DNA of 64,000 nucleotides from the human T2T-CHM13v2.0 reference genome, Homo sapiens: NCBI RefSeq assembly GCF_009914755.1, contig NC_060944.1. The stretch is one strand, 5' to 3'. Position numbers and translations under genes: made by a program. The notes under the pieces were generated by a model that saw only the letters and a program-made list of their open reading frames with translations, made no database searches and had not been told where the DNA came from. Shown here one piece after another: positions 12,640 through 25,832 of this stretch (position 1 is its first letter; each line of letters begins with the position of its first letter).

Positions 12640-13620
12640 TTTCTGTCATCTACTGATGCATAACAAACCACCAAAGAGGTTAGAAGCTAAGATGGTTAGT
12701 CTTATGTGTCAACTTGACTGGGCCATGGGGTGCCCAGATATTTGGTCAAACATTATTCTAGGTGTTTCTGTGAGGGTATTTTTAGATGAGATTCACATTT
12801 AAATCAGCAGGCTGAGTAAAGCAGATTGCTCTCCCTAATGTGGTTGGGCCTCATCCAATCAGCTGAAGGCCCAAATAGAACAAAAGGCTAACACTCCCCC
12901 AAGTAAAAGAGAATTTCTACTGCCTGAGAGTCTTTGAACTGAATCATCAACTTTTTTCTGCCTTCAAATTCAGACTGAAACAGTGGCTATTCCTGGGTCT
13001 TGGGCCTGCTAGCCTTCAGACTGGAGCTTATACCATCAGTTCTACCTAATCTGTTCTGCTGATTCTCAGGCCTTGGGACTCAGATCAGAACTACACCATT
13101 GCCTTTCTTGTGTCTCCAGCTTGCCGGGTCACCCTGGAGACCTTGAGCTATCTCAGTCTCCATAATCACATGAGCCAATTCCTTATAATAAGTCTCTTTC
13201 TGTATTTATATACTTCCTATTGGTTCTGTTTCTTTGCAGAACCCTGACTAATACCGATGCTTAAAATAACTATTCTACTTCTCATCATTTTGTAGCCCAG
13301 GCATTTGGACAGGGTAGAGTGAAGATGTGCTGTATCCTCTGGGGCCACCAGGCTTCTGCCCATGGCCTCGCCCTTTCGTCGTGGTCCCATCACACAGAAG
13401 TCTAGTCTGAGCTTATTTATAGTTTGGGAGCAGTCTCCAGGAGCAAGCATTCCAAGAGGACAAGCTCTTGTTAAGCCTCAATTTCTATCACATTTGATAA
13501 TGCCCATTGGCCAAAGCAAGTCCCATGGCCAAGGGCACAGTCAGTGTGAGAGGGGACTACACAAGGGTGTGGATGCCTGGAGATGTAGATCACTGGGGCC
13601 ATCAAAGTAAAAGTTATTAC
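12640..13620 (-). mobile_element. MLT1 solo LTR split by MLT2B
   Basis: 'ctactgatgcataacaaaccacc' before 12690; resumes 'gcttaaaataactattc...cccattggccaaagcaagtcccatggccaag'. Confidence 0.7.
12690..13255 (+). mobile_element. MLT2B (ERVL) solo LTR
   Basis: 'gatggttagtcttatgtgtcaacttgactgggccatggggtgcccagatatttggtcaaacattattct' to 'gaaccctgactaatac'. Confidence 0.9.
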
Positions 13621-13771
13621 TAAGAAGAGTTTGATGAGTTTCATCTTAAGCATATTGACTCTGATGTGTCTATATGGGAACAAAGTAGGAAAAGCCAAAT
13701 GACAATATGGGTCTGAGGCTAAGAAAAGATGTTTGAGTTGAATAGATACATTGGGAAATCATGAATATAAA

Positions 13772-14065
13772 GACGGGGTAATACAAAAATATTTAACAAT
13801 CAGCACAACATAGACACTGACCAATCAGAACAGATGCTGGCTATAACCTTGAACCAGGGCCCCAGAGGACCCCTGTTAAGCCAGGCATCTTCCCTTTAGA
13901 TACTCGGTCATTGAGAGATGTCAGGAGTCTCAGGAAAGGGGCAGGGCAGTTAGGGCACTGGGAGGGCTCTGATGGAAGGAAGACAATGGGCAACAGCTAC
14001 TTACTCATGAGTAGGAAACATGGCAGTATTTTAACAACCCATCTGAGTATCAGCCCATCGTACAG
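13772..14065. mobile_element. Probable hAT (Tip100-type) DNA transposon fossil
   Basis: Non-L2 insert in the L2; 'aaatatttaacaatcagc...ctgaccaatcagaacag', ends 'ttttaacaacccatctgagtatcagccc'. Confidence 0.4.
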
Positions 14066-14115
14066 GCAGTAGCTACAGCCATGGGTGGTGTGGTTAACAA
14101 TTAATGGGATAGGGC

Positions 14116-14197
14116 ATTAGGTTAAACCATATGATATGACCAACATTTAACCACTTTTGGCCTATGCAAAACATAATTTTGCATGCTTCAACCTAAT
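14116..14197. mobile_element. MADE2 mariner-derived MITE
   Basis: ~80-bp palindromic element attaggttaaaccatatg...catgcttcaacctaat. Confidence 0.8.
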
Positions 14198-14791
14198 CCA
14201 CAATGAGACAAACATAAGCCTAAGATGGACACCAAAATGTAACTAACAGGCAAGTGACCAAGAGGATCCCCCAAAGGAAAATGAAAGGAATGGCTCAATG
14301 GAAGTTAAATGAAGAACAGCACACGTGAGGGAGGGAGTGGGCAAATGTCTTGAACATGACAGAGCTCCAGGAAGATGAGGACTGTGTCTTTTGTTATTTG
14401 GCAAGAGGAGGCTGTTGATGACCTTGGCAAGTTCAGATTCAAGGAAATGGTCAGGGCAGAAGCCGTTTCAGAGTCTTATGAGGCACCTGGGATGTGAAAA
14501 CTTGACAAAGATGGGTTTAGAATAATATTTCAGGAAGCTTTGCCTGACAGTGAGAAGAGAGACGGTAATTTATTGGGAAGTAGGGTTAGGGGAGCATCCT
14601 GTCTTTAAAGATGAGAAAGGTTTGTTCACTTGTATATGAGAAATGGAAAGAATACTGAACGAGCTTCAGTTGGATGTTGTAAAATATGTTAAAAAGGTAA
14701 GCTGGTGGGTGAGAAGAGTGAAGTCTAAGGGCTGGGAGCCCTGCATTCTTGTCTCAGTCTAGAGGGCCAGTGGCAAATTTTTCTTCATGAA

Positions 14792-14963
14792 CAGTGATTC
14801 TCATCCTGACTGCATAGTTCCTGGGGAACTTTAAAAATTCTCCATGCTCAAGTCTCACTGCAGACTGATTACATGGAAATCTCTGGGGATGCACCCAGGC
14901 CTCTCAGGGCCCTTTTAAAGCTCCTGCCTTATTGCAGCGTGCATCCAAGATTGAAAACCACTG
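14792..14963. mobile_element. MER5 (hAT-Charlie) MITE
   Basis: TIRs cagtgattctca / tgaaaaccactg. Confidence 0.75.
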
Positions 14964-15228
14964 CTGTAGAATGTACATAATTTATCACCTATTGCTTCAG
15001 CTTTGGGGCTTCAGCCAAAATTCTGACATGGTGGATAAAGCCCTACTCAACATTCACTTAAGCTACCATCAGTGCCAGTGGCTTTCCTTGATGACAGTGG
15101 CTGCTGCAGACCTTCTCCCAGGCTAGTGGTTCTTAACCCTAGCTGTGTATTAGAATATCTGGGGCACTTACAAAATACTGATGTCTGGGCTTCACCCTAG
15201 AAACTCTGATATAATTGTTCAGGGGTGG

Positions 15229-15981
15229 TGTTATGGCTGAATTGTGTCCCCCCAAAAGATATGTTGAAGTCCTGGCTGGGTATGGTGACTCACGCCTGTA
15301 ATCCCAGCACATTTGAGAGGTCCAGGCAGGAGGATTGCTTGAGGCCAGGAGTTTGAGACCAGCCTGGGCAACACAGTGAGACATCATCTCCACAAAAAAT
15401 AAAAATATTAGCTAGGCATGGTGGCACATGTCCGTGGTCAGAGCTACATGGGAGGCTGAGGCTGCAGTGAGCTGTGTTCATGCCACTACACTCCAGCCTG
15501 GGTGACAGATTGAGACCCTGACTCAAAAAAAAAAAAAAAAAAACAAAAAAAAGATATGTTGAAGTCCTAAGCCTTAATACCCCCAGAATGTTATTTTATT
15601 TGGAAATAGCATCTTTATAAAGGAATCAAGCTAAAATGAAATCATGAGAGTAGATCCTAATCCAGTATGACTAGTGCCCTTATTAAAAGTGAACATTTGA
15701 ACACAGACGCAGACATGCACAGAAGGAAGGCAATGTGGAGAGACACGGGGAGAACACCATGTAAAAATTAGATTGGCATTATGCCATCACAATCCAAGGA
15801 ATGCCTGGAGCTACCAGAAGTCAAAATAGACAAAGAAAGTTCTGCTACAGGTTTAAGAGGGAGCATTCAACATCTTGATTTTAGATGTCTAGCCTCCAGG
15901 ACTGTGAAACAAGAAATTTCTGTTGTTCTAAGCCACCTAGTTTGTGGTAGTTTGCTGTATCAGCCCTAGGAAATTAATATA
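15229..15981 (+). mobile_element. MLT1B/C solo LTR
   Basis: tgttatggctgaattgtgtcccc...aattaatata; 5-bp TSD ggtgg at 15224-15228 and 15982-15986. Confidence 0.9.
15274..15548 (+). mobile_element. AluJ (with an internal deletion in the right arm)
   Basis: 'aggattgcttgaggccaggagtttgagaccagcctgggcaac'; TSD aaaagatatgttgaagtcct at 15254-15273 and 15549-15568. Confidence 0.92.
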
Positions 15982-16735
15982 GGTGGGCTTGGACACTGAT
16001 GGTTTTAAAAGTTATCCAGATGATTACAGTGTGCAACTGGCATTGATTTTCATAATGATTAAGGAAATTAAGTATATAGCAGGCATAACCTAAGTAGAAA
16101 ATAATGTCAAAATCAGTTTCAGAGCCATGCAAACATAATTATCAGAAGTATAATATTTAAAACTCAGTAACATGCTGAGTCGTTTTAATACATGGTTATA
16201 TATTTCTTCTTAACTTGGGGCTTTGCATTAGCAGAGAGGCATTTGCTATCTTGCCCCTCTGTAATTTCTTGCTTGGATGCTCATTGTTAGTATAATTTCT
16301 CACCTTGAGTGATGAGATTCTGGATTTCCACTTCATGGGTGCTTTATAGTTCTCCTCATGGTGTATCCTTTCTTTTTCATACCTAAGGGCACTGTCTTGC
16401 CCTTATCCCTATTGGACTTTGTCCTTTTCATTTATAATGTTACAGTTCTCCAATCTGTCAAAGTTACTTAGAATTCTGATCTTGCAGTCCAACATTCTAA
16501 TTTCTGTCACTCTAGGAGAGTCCCCAGGACAATTGAATTAAGAATTATATGAACTACAGGAGGAATCAATTTGGAGAACATCAGATAATGGAAGGTTTAT
16601 TATATTGTGTACTGCATTAAAGTGTAAAGATGTATAAAAGATAAATGGTCAATGCATGAATTATACAAAGAGTTCCTTAAATGAAATTGTTGGATCAGTC
16701 CTTGCCCAGGCACAGTGTGAGATGTAGAATCCTGT

Positions 16736-17278
16736 CACTGTCACTCAAAGTGTGGTCCACAGACCAGAAGTCTTGCATCAGCCAGGAGCTGATTAGAAAT
16801 GCAGAATCTCAGACTTCACCTCATATCTACCATTATGGGCTAAATTGTGTCCCTATAGCCCCTAGATTTATATGTTACAGTATGTTGAAATGTGACCATA
16901 TTTGGAGATAAGAAATTTCAACAGATAATTAAGTGAAAATTAGCTCCCGAGGGGTGGGTAATGCAGTATGACTGCTGTCCTAATCAAAGAAGAAGTTTGT
17001 AGACAGATGTATACATGCACAAAGGAACGACCATGTGAAGACAGAGGGTGGAGAGGGCCTTCTACAAGCCAAGGAGAGAGGCCTAAGAAAAAATCAGCTC
17101 TGCCAACACCTTAACTTGAGATGTTCAGCCTCCAAAACTGTGAGAAAATAAATTTCTGTTGTTTAAGCTTCCCAGTCTTTGGCAACCCCAGAAGATTAGT
17201 ACACCTACCAAATTAGAATCTGCATTTTTAGTAAGACCCATAGTTGACTCACATATATAAGAAAGTTTTAGAGGCACT
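16736..17278. mobile_element. MER5A split by MLT1B
   Basis: 'ctcaaagtgtggtcc...ttagaaatgcagaatctcag'; resumes 'cctaccaaattagaatctgcattttt'. Confidence 0.75.
16831..17203 (+). mobile_element. MLT1A/B solo LTR
   Basis: 'ttatgggctaaattgtgtcc...cagcctccaaaactgtgagaaaataaatttctgttgtttaagc...tagtaca'; TSD tctac/cctac. Confidence 0.85.
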
Positions 17279-17288
17279 AGTCCAGAAT

Positions 17289-17620
17289 ACTGGTTCTCAA
17301 CCTTTAGCGTGCATCATAGTTACCTTAATAACTTGTTAAAATACAGATTGCTGGGCCCCACCACCCCCAGAGATTCTGATTCAGTGGGTGTGGGATGAGA
17401 CCAGAAAAGTCTGCATTTCCAACAAGCTACCTGGCAACGTTGGTGCTGGTGGCCTGCAACCCACACAAGTGTTACAGTTGGGACCAGAAAATTACCAGCC
17501 TCACCTGGTTATTATTAGAAAAGTAACTATGGAGGCCTCAGCCTAGAATTCCTGAATTAGAGACTCAGGGGCAGGGCCCAGCAAGGTAATTCTCAAGCTT
17601 TAGTTTGAGAACTGGTGCTT
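17289..17620. mobile_element. Adjacent MER5A elements
   Basis: 'tggttctcaacc...aaaatacagattgctgggccccac...agattctgattcagtggg' followed by a second remnant ending 'tttgagaactggtg'. Confidence 0.7.
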
Positions 17621-17763
17621 GATAGTTCAACTAAATCTGGGAAAAGGAACCATGAGTAATTTAAAATACTCGCTGCCCACAGGTGATCATTTGATGTTTT
17701 TCTAGACAGCATGTTCTCACCCTTTCAGCTAAAAATTGCCAGAAAACGATTCTGGGGCAGTAG

Positions 17764-19613
17764 TGTTACAGGATCTTTGGGGTGTAGTTTTTCTGGCCAG
17801 AAACATGTGTGGCCTGTGTGCCTTTGCTCAAGTTTTGCTCAGGCCCACTCGTTTTGCTCTCTCAGGCTGCTCTTGGCTCACGCTACCAGCCTGGGTCCCA
17901 TGCCTGCCAAGGGTGAGTCAGGCATGGAATGGCGAGGGGTGTGTGAGTGAGCATGGGGTCTGGCCACTGTGCACAGTTACATATACAGGCTGCTGCAGCA
18001 GGTCAGGAAACTCCAGGTGCCAACACAGGTGCCAGCTCTCTGCAAGGCTTCAGCTGGACCAGGCACATCACAAGTAACTTGTATGGCTGACACCAGGGAA
18101 CACGGTGGCACCCAGAAACTTGGAGATGCCAGGGACTGCAGGGCCCCAAAGAGGGAGTCAGAGCCCTGGCTCAGGGAGCTCCCAGATCTGGGCTCCCTGA
18201 CGGGCTGCAGCTCTTCTTTCCTTTTCTTTTCCTGCAACTTGACAAGCAAGGAGCATGTCTCAACCCTGTTTGTGTTACAGTTCTTTTAGCCTTGCCATTT
18301 GGTGGGTCCTGAGTTCTCGTCCTGCAACCAGGAAGAATGAGGTATGCAGACAAGTGGAGGGTGAGCAAGATGAAGAGGAGCTTTATTGAGCGATAGAATA
18401 GCTCAGAGGAAACCCACAGGGGGCAGCTTCTTTCTACATCCAGGGTGTCCTGACAAGTGTTCAGCTCCTAGCAGAGAGGGTAGTTCCTTTCTGCTAGGCA
18501 AGTCACCCTGACAAGCTATCAGCAGAGAGGGCAGCTCCTGTCTGCAGCTGGTTGTCTCGTCGTCTGCATAGCTCTCAGCAGAGAGGATGCCCTAGAGTAG
18601 GTGGCTCCTCTCTGCAGGCAGCTTGTCCTGTTATCTCCCCATCATCTCTCTGTAGTCTCTGTACTCTCAGCAGAAAGGATACCTTGGAGCAGGCAGCTCC
18701 TTTCTGCAGGCAGGTCGTCCTGACCTCTGTAGCTTTCAGCAGAGAGGAGGCCTTGAAATGGGTAGTTCCTGTCTGCAGCCAGTCATCCCTGCTCAGCTCT
18801 GGCTGAGCCTGAGGCTTTTATGGGCCTCAGGGTGGAGGAAGTGTGTGACGACTGGTCCACGGGCAGGCCCAGAAAAGGCACCACAGGTTCCCTCTCCAGT
18901 CCACGGGACTGGCAGCCTGGCATCCATGCTTCAGGCCCTCCCTGGCCTGAAGGTGGGGCCTCATCAGGGACCTACTCCCTTCCTCCCAGGAACTTGTCTT
19001 CCTCCTGCTGCTGTTCATGGCACCAGGCTTTAGGTGCCATTGGGCATCTGCAGGGCTGCACTGAGCTGCCCTCAGCTGCCCATCAGGTTCCTTCCTATGC
19101 TGGTCAGCGCCCAAAGTCTGGAGGGGGTCGAGGCAGCAGGGGTTTGGAGTGTCAGCACTGCCCTGAGTGTGTGCACACACAGCCAGGCTGTGACAGTGCC
19201 CAAGTTCTCCCCTGACTTTGCTCTGAGGTCAGAGCAAATGCTGACAGCAGGAAGAAGAAGCCAGGCAGTGGGAGCAGGCATTTTTAAGCCTGCAAGGGCA
19301 GAGAGGGGGACCTTCCCAGGCTCCCAGGAGTGCAGGGATGCCTGGGTCTGCAGCCGTGGTTTGGGCAGCTGCAGCTGTGTAGCAGGAGGTGGGGTGCTTC
19401 TGCCTGCTCTGTGGAGTGAGAGGCCCAGGTCTGCAGCTGTGATTTGGGTAACTGCCCCCAGGGGAGCTCCCACCCCATCAGCTTGGAAGAAGTGGGGCTC
19501 CCACTTGTCTCTGGTTCCCACTGGCTCCACAGAGGGTGCAGCCCTGGCCACACCTCCCTGCTGCTGCCAGCGTGATGGCAGTGGCTGCTCCAGGTGGGCC
19601 ACCACTGCCATCA
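17764..19613 (-). mobile_element. MER52 (MER52A-like) ERV1 long solo LTR
   Basis: Minus strand starts tgatggcagtggtggcccacctggagcagcc and ends ccccaaagatcctgtaaca; GC-rich, internal 'ctctcagcagagagg' repeats; 4-bp TSD gtag/atag. Confidence 0.9.
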
Positions 19614-19846
19614 ATAGCTAAGTCAATGGCTCTCAAATGTGAACGTGTGTCAGAATCATCTGATCATTACTCCTTTCCCACAGTTTTTTATCCATTTCGT
19701 CTGGGGTCGAATCCTAGAATGAACATTTCTTAAATTCCCAGTTGACTCTTATGCTGCTAGTTCAGGAACCATATTTTGACAATCATTGAACTAAGGGCTT
19801 GTAAAATAGTGTGACGTGGGTCAGAATGCTTGATTTCCTGGCCCAT

Positions 19847-20667
<821 letters not shown>

Positions 20668-22959
20668 CCCATATGTATAATTTAAACAATATATATAGAG
20701 GCCAACCTAAACCTCCCAGACTTCATTTCATTAAGCTAGAACATAAAACAAAATTAGACAAAAAACCCCAATCACATAATTATAGCAACAGCTATGATAC
20801 TACCATCTACCATGATCGTCATTGTATGAAAGAATGGGCATTTTAACCCACACAAAAAGAATTAGAAAATTTTAATTGACTAAATCTAGCATTTGAAAAC
20901 ATCTTTCTTCCTTATTTTGATGTAGATACGTGAAAATGTGTCAGCGATCCACAGGCCTCTTCAGACCAACATTTGGTAGCTGCTAGTAGAGACTTTACAC
21001 CTTACATTCTCCCCTCAATGAGGTGTAGTTCAGGCAAATGAAGCTACTCACTTACTGAGATGTGTCTGTTTAGCTTCGATCAGCAATCATTAATAAATGA
21101 AGCCCACTTAGCATTTCACAAGTGTTTGAGCTTGACCATGTCTTTCCGGTTCACACCAGGTTTCCAAGTTTAGTCAACACATTCCTATAGAGATTCCTTT
21201 CATCAGTTGATAAACTGTTCTTGCCTGCTGTGTCCTGATATATGTGCCTATATAAGCACACATAGGCACATTGAAGCATCAGCAATGAAAAAATTAAGCA
21301 AAGGTAGAGTCACAGGAAGTGTTAGAAAAAATGACTGTGTATCTTAAAATATCCCTTACAGATGTGCTCATTGCTGAGAAATTGCTTTGCTCAAAACTAA
21401 ATCCAGCCTGAATTTTTATGGTTACAAAATAATTAGTCTCTGAGTCAGGTTTTAATCCTATGTTAATGAGACCCCCTGCTGTCTTGACTCATACCTTCAA
21501 ATTAGAGGTTGATCCATAATTAATAAGTCTTACAATCCCAGTACCTGAGACAAAGAGATCTTTGGGTGGCTGGGAGAAGAGCAGAGAAGTGTAGCAATGG
21601 TATTGCAATTGCATTCCTACCACATACCAAGTTGGATTGCGGTGACAGAAATGGTGTCTTTGGGCAGTAAATCCACTGGCTCAAGCTTGTTTGACAAGGG
21701 AAGTGTCTAAATGCCCCTCTCAAGTCTTAGGAAGGAGAATGGGTGCTCTCTGTCCTTAGCAAAAGCTTTTCTGCTTACAGCAACACTGGTCTGTGTCTGC
21801 ACGAGATTTCCACTTAGCTTGAGAACCTTACTTTGAACTGCCTTTAACTTCTGACCAAAAAAAAGAAAAAAGCATCAGAGCAAAGAATCATTTGTTTTTT
21901 CCAGCTATTTTTGAAACTCTGTGACTTCTCCACTTGGTAGTTTTATAGCCTCGAAATTTCCAGTGATCGGAGGAAAGAAACCCTTGCTGATTAATTACAA
22001 TCTAATTTTCTATTCTCTCATAATTGCAGCAGTAGAGGAAAAAAAAGTGAGACTTATTATTCCAAAAATGAAAATGATCCCTGGACTGTTTGGGCTTATT
22101 ATGAGCTCCGTGTTACAATTTATTTTAAATTGAATCAATAGAATAAACATGGAAATGAGCTCTGTGAAATCATTTATTTTTAAAGGATCCAAATATGCTG
22201 CACCATTTTGTTAAAAATTTTCCAGACTCTACCTGCATAGACTTCTTGATGAAAACAAAGGGAAAAGAGGGCTTCAGTTTAGATCTGGGACAATCTTACA
22301 GGTCTTCCTGTGCATAGTTCCATGACCATGATTTCTGACCCTCTTTAAAACACCACAGTAGATCCTCTCTTTTTTCAAGAGAGGACCTGAAATTCTCAAA
22401 AAAAACAAAAACAAAAACAAAACTCAAAATTAATTTGTTTACTTTGAATTTTTAGTCTTTGTATAACACTGGAGAACTTGGATGGCTGAACTGAGACATG
22501 CAGGAAAGTATTAGAGAGGCTGGATTTCCTGTCTCCTAATTTGGTTCAGAGCTTTTGGGCTGGGGTGTGAAGGGTGTCCATATGAGAGGTGGTTACCCGG
22601 CACTTTGGGATTAGAGCTGGCTCTCCTTGTGCAATTACCTGGTTCACTGCTTCTAATAGGAAGGACGGGTTGATTTTTGCCTCTTCACTTTCCGCTGAGT
22701 CTTCATGTAATCCACAAAGGTTTATAGCTTTTAGTTGTGTGTGGGAGTCGGGGGCGGGCCGGGGAATGGGAGATGGTTAGTGGTGGATACCATGGGAATT
22801 TTAGATATCTACCTTGTGAACGTCCTGCTTAAATGGGTGAAGTACAATATAGCACTGATTGTAAAAAGTAGGTTATGAAATTTTATATACTTATGGGGTT
22901 TCTTGTGTGTTTTATTTTTATGTATAAAAGCACATATGTTTTAAGTAGACAAAAATAGG

Positions 22960-23260
22960 CAATGTATCGATAATACATATTTTATATAAATGATGCTATG
23001 TATGTATATATGTACATTTTTATTTCAAAAGCTTTCTTACATATGTATATATTACACGTATGAATGTTTTATATGTACTATATATAGTATCAGTATATAT
23101 TCCTAAATAATATAAACCATAAATATGTATATATATTTACATATTTATATGCGTAACATATGTATATGCATGTGGGTATATGTATATTTGTAGAAATATT
23201 TCTTACTATACAAATATATATAGTTATATGTGTATCTTTGGCAGGATATAAAATATATAC
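22960..23260. repeat. AT-rich (TA/CATA)n low-complexity tract, probably within an old L1M 3' fragment
   Basis: Dense tatatg/atatat repeats followed by L1M-like 'agagtggtcatttctgagaagtaggattgtggataattttt'. Confidence 0.6.
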
Positions 23261-23784
23261 CAAAATATCAAATGTATAGAGTGGTCATTTCTGAGAAGTA
23301 GGATTGTGGATAATTTTTATTTTCTATGTGTGTTTCCATATTTTATAAATATTCTATGAATATAAAGCATCACAGTGCAAGCACAGAAAAACTGTTAAAG
23401 GAAAATGAGATGAAATGCCTTCCTGCAAATCATGCAAGTCCTCAGGAAAATTGTTTTCCTGCTCTGGTGAGTGAGGGTTCCTAATTCTCTGCTTATGAGT
23501 CCTTGTCTTCATCTCAGATTGTGGTCTGCATCCCCTGGGCATACAGTCTACAGGCTCCATGGGTTTCCATGGTCCTAGGATTGCTCCCTCTCCCCCTTTC
23601 CTTCTCTTGGCATGAAGAAGCTCACTCATCTGATACCATCACAAAGAACCCCCAGATCCCTCAAATGTTCCTGTTCCCTGTGTTCACTGATGCTGCTACA
23701 ATTTTGTCACATGCATGTGTTATTTCCCTCAATCTTTCAAGGCAGACAAGGGGAAAACAAAGCTGTAATATTAGTGAGGCACAA

Positions 23785-24185
23785 GTTCTAGACTGGTATT
23801 CTCATATCCATGACAACTGACAGGGCTTTTCATAACACAGATCTCTGGGTCCCACCCCTGCAGAGATTCTGACTCAGTAGGTCTGACTGGGCCCTAAAGA
23901 ACGGCATTGTTAACAAGCCCCCAGATGCTACTGATGTTGTTGGTCCTTAGACCACATTTTGAGGAGCAAAGTCTAATGGTTTTTAAAGCATGAACCCCAT
24001 ACCAGCAGCATCAGGAATACCAATGAATTTTCTAGAATCACAGACTTTCAGATTCTATTCCAGAGGTGTTGTATGCCTACCATATACCAAGTGGATCCTT
24101 ATCATCAGTTTGGTGACAGAAAAATCTGTATTTTAGCAAGATTCCCAGGATATTCAAGTGCACGTAGAAGATGGAGAAACACCAG
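23785..24185. mobile_element. Two adjacent MER5A elements
   Basis: 'ctgggtcccacccctgcagagattctgactcagtaggtctg...gaccacattttgag' then 'accagcagcatcagg...aatctgtattttagcaagattcccagg'. Confidence 0.7.
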
Positions 24186-24499
24186 AATAGACACCAGGAA
24201 GAAGGCAGGTGCATCTAAAAGAAACGAAGAGGCACACTGACCTGAAAGAGCCTGGCTGCCCCCCTCCCTTAGGTACCTGATTAAAGTCACTGTGTCCTAA
24301 ATCTGAGAATCAGCACCAGGAAGAAAAGATGAATTTCTCAGGGGTAAAGAGGCAAGTTCCTAGGACTGAGGCATAAAATCAGAATGCCAGTATATTCATT
24401 TATAATGAAAAGCAAAACAGGTGAGAGATGTGCAATGGCTGGAGGAATCTCCCTGGGAAGGCAGGCAACAGTGAAAATCCAATCAGACCCAGCAAGTGA

Positions 24500-25029
<530 letters not shown>

Positions 25030-25315
25030 CAAGATGTTCTTTAGAGAGGCAACTGCTTCAATTAGGCCACCCGTTATGCTCTGTGGATGTTGTGTATTTC
25101 TGCTTTCTTTGTTCACTTAAAAGTTGAACTATTAGTGGAAAATCCCCTTTCTTTTATTTCAAAGTTCCCTGGGTTTATCACAGAGCAGGATTCACAAGAT
25201 TCTCACAGATTGTTCTGTGATGTTTTCAGCATTTTCTTTTCCTTACTCAAAACAAATCGATAGACTAGGAATGATGATCCCCATTTTCTCAAGTGAACGA
25301 TTGAGAATAAAGGAG

Positions 25316-25775
25316 TTGTTATCAGTTGAATTGCGTCTCCAAAACTGATATGTTGAATGATGTGTATCTAACACCTGATACCTGTGAATCATTTGGAAAT
25401 AGGGCCTTTGGAGAGGTAATGAAGTTAAGATGAGTTCATATGAGTGGGCTCTAATCCATTGTGACAGGTGTTTTTATAAGAAGAGGAAAATGCTGTGAGG
25501 AGACAGAGACACACAGGACCAACGCCATGTGAGGTCAGAGGCAGAGGCTGGAGGGATGCAGCTTTAAGCTAAGGAATGCCGAGGACTGAGGCCACCATCA
25601 GAAGCTGGAAAGAGGCAAGGAAAGATTCTACCCCAAGTCTCAAAGGCAGGCTGTTCCTGCTGACGCCATGACTTTGAACTTCTAGCCTCCAGAACTGTGA
25701 AACAAACATATCTCTGCTGTTATAAACCACCCAGTTTGTGGTACTTTGTTTTAGCAGCCACAGGAAACTAAGAGA
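25316..25775 (+). mobile_element. MLT1C/D solo LTR inside a MIR remnant
   Basis: tgttatcagttgaattgcgtctcc...'aaggaatgccgagg...gaagctggaaagaggcaagg'...ggaaactaaga. Confidence 0.85.
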
Positions 25776-25832
25776 GAGATTTGTTTGTTTTAATTGCATC
25801 ATAGGTTATCCAAGTTGGTGATAGAGACAGAC

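Larger units (their letters stand above)
12050..14690 (-). mobile_element. Long fragmented L2 hosting several younger insertions
   Basis: Collinear L2 segments at ~12050-12200, 12390-12570, 13620-13770 and 14200-14690 ('gaggctgttgatgaccttggcaag...aaatggtcagggcagaagcc'). Confidence 0.6.
15124..16046. mobile_element. MER5B split by MLT1 (itself split by an Alu)
   Basis: tagtggttcttaaccc... to 15228; resumes at 15982 'ggtgggcttggacactgatggttttaaaagtt'. Confidence 0.7.

Noticed and set aside
18460-18780. Recurring 'cagcagagagg...gctcct' units resembling a repeat-spacer array
   Set aside because: Degenerate internal repeats of the MER52 LTR; eukaryotic context with no cas genes, so not CRISPR.
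19034-19621. 195-aa (+) and 180-aa (-) ORFs
   Set aside because: They lie within the GC-rich MER52 LTR, show no recognisable domain, and are open on both strands, as expected from low stop-codon frequency.
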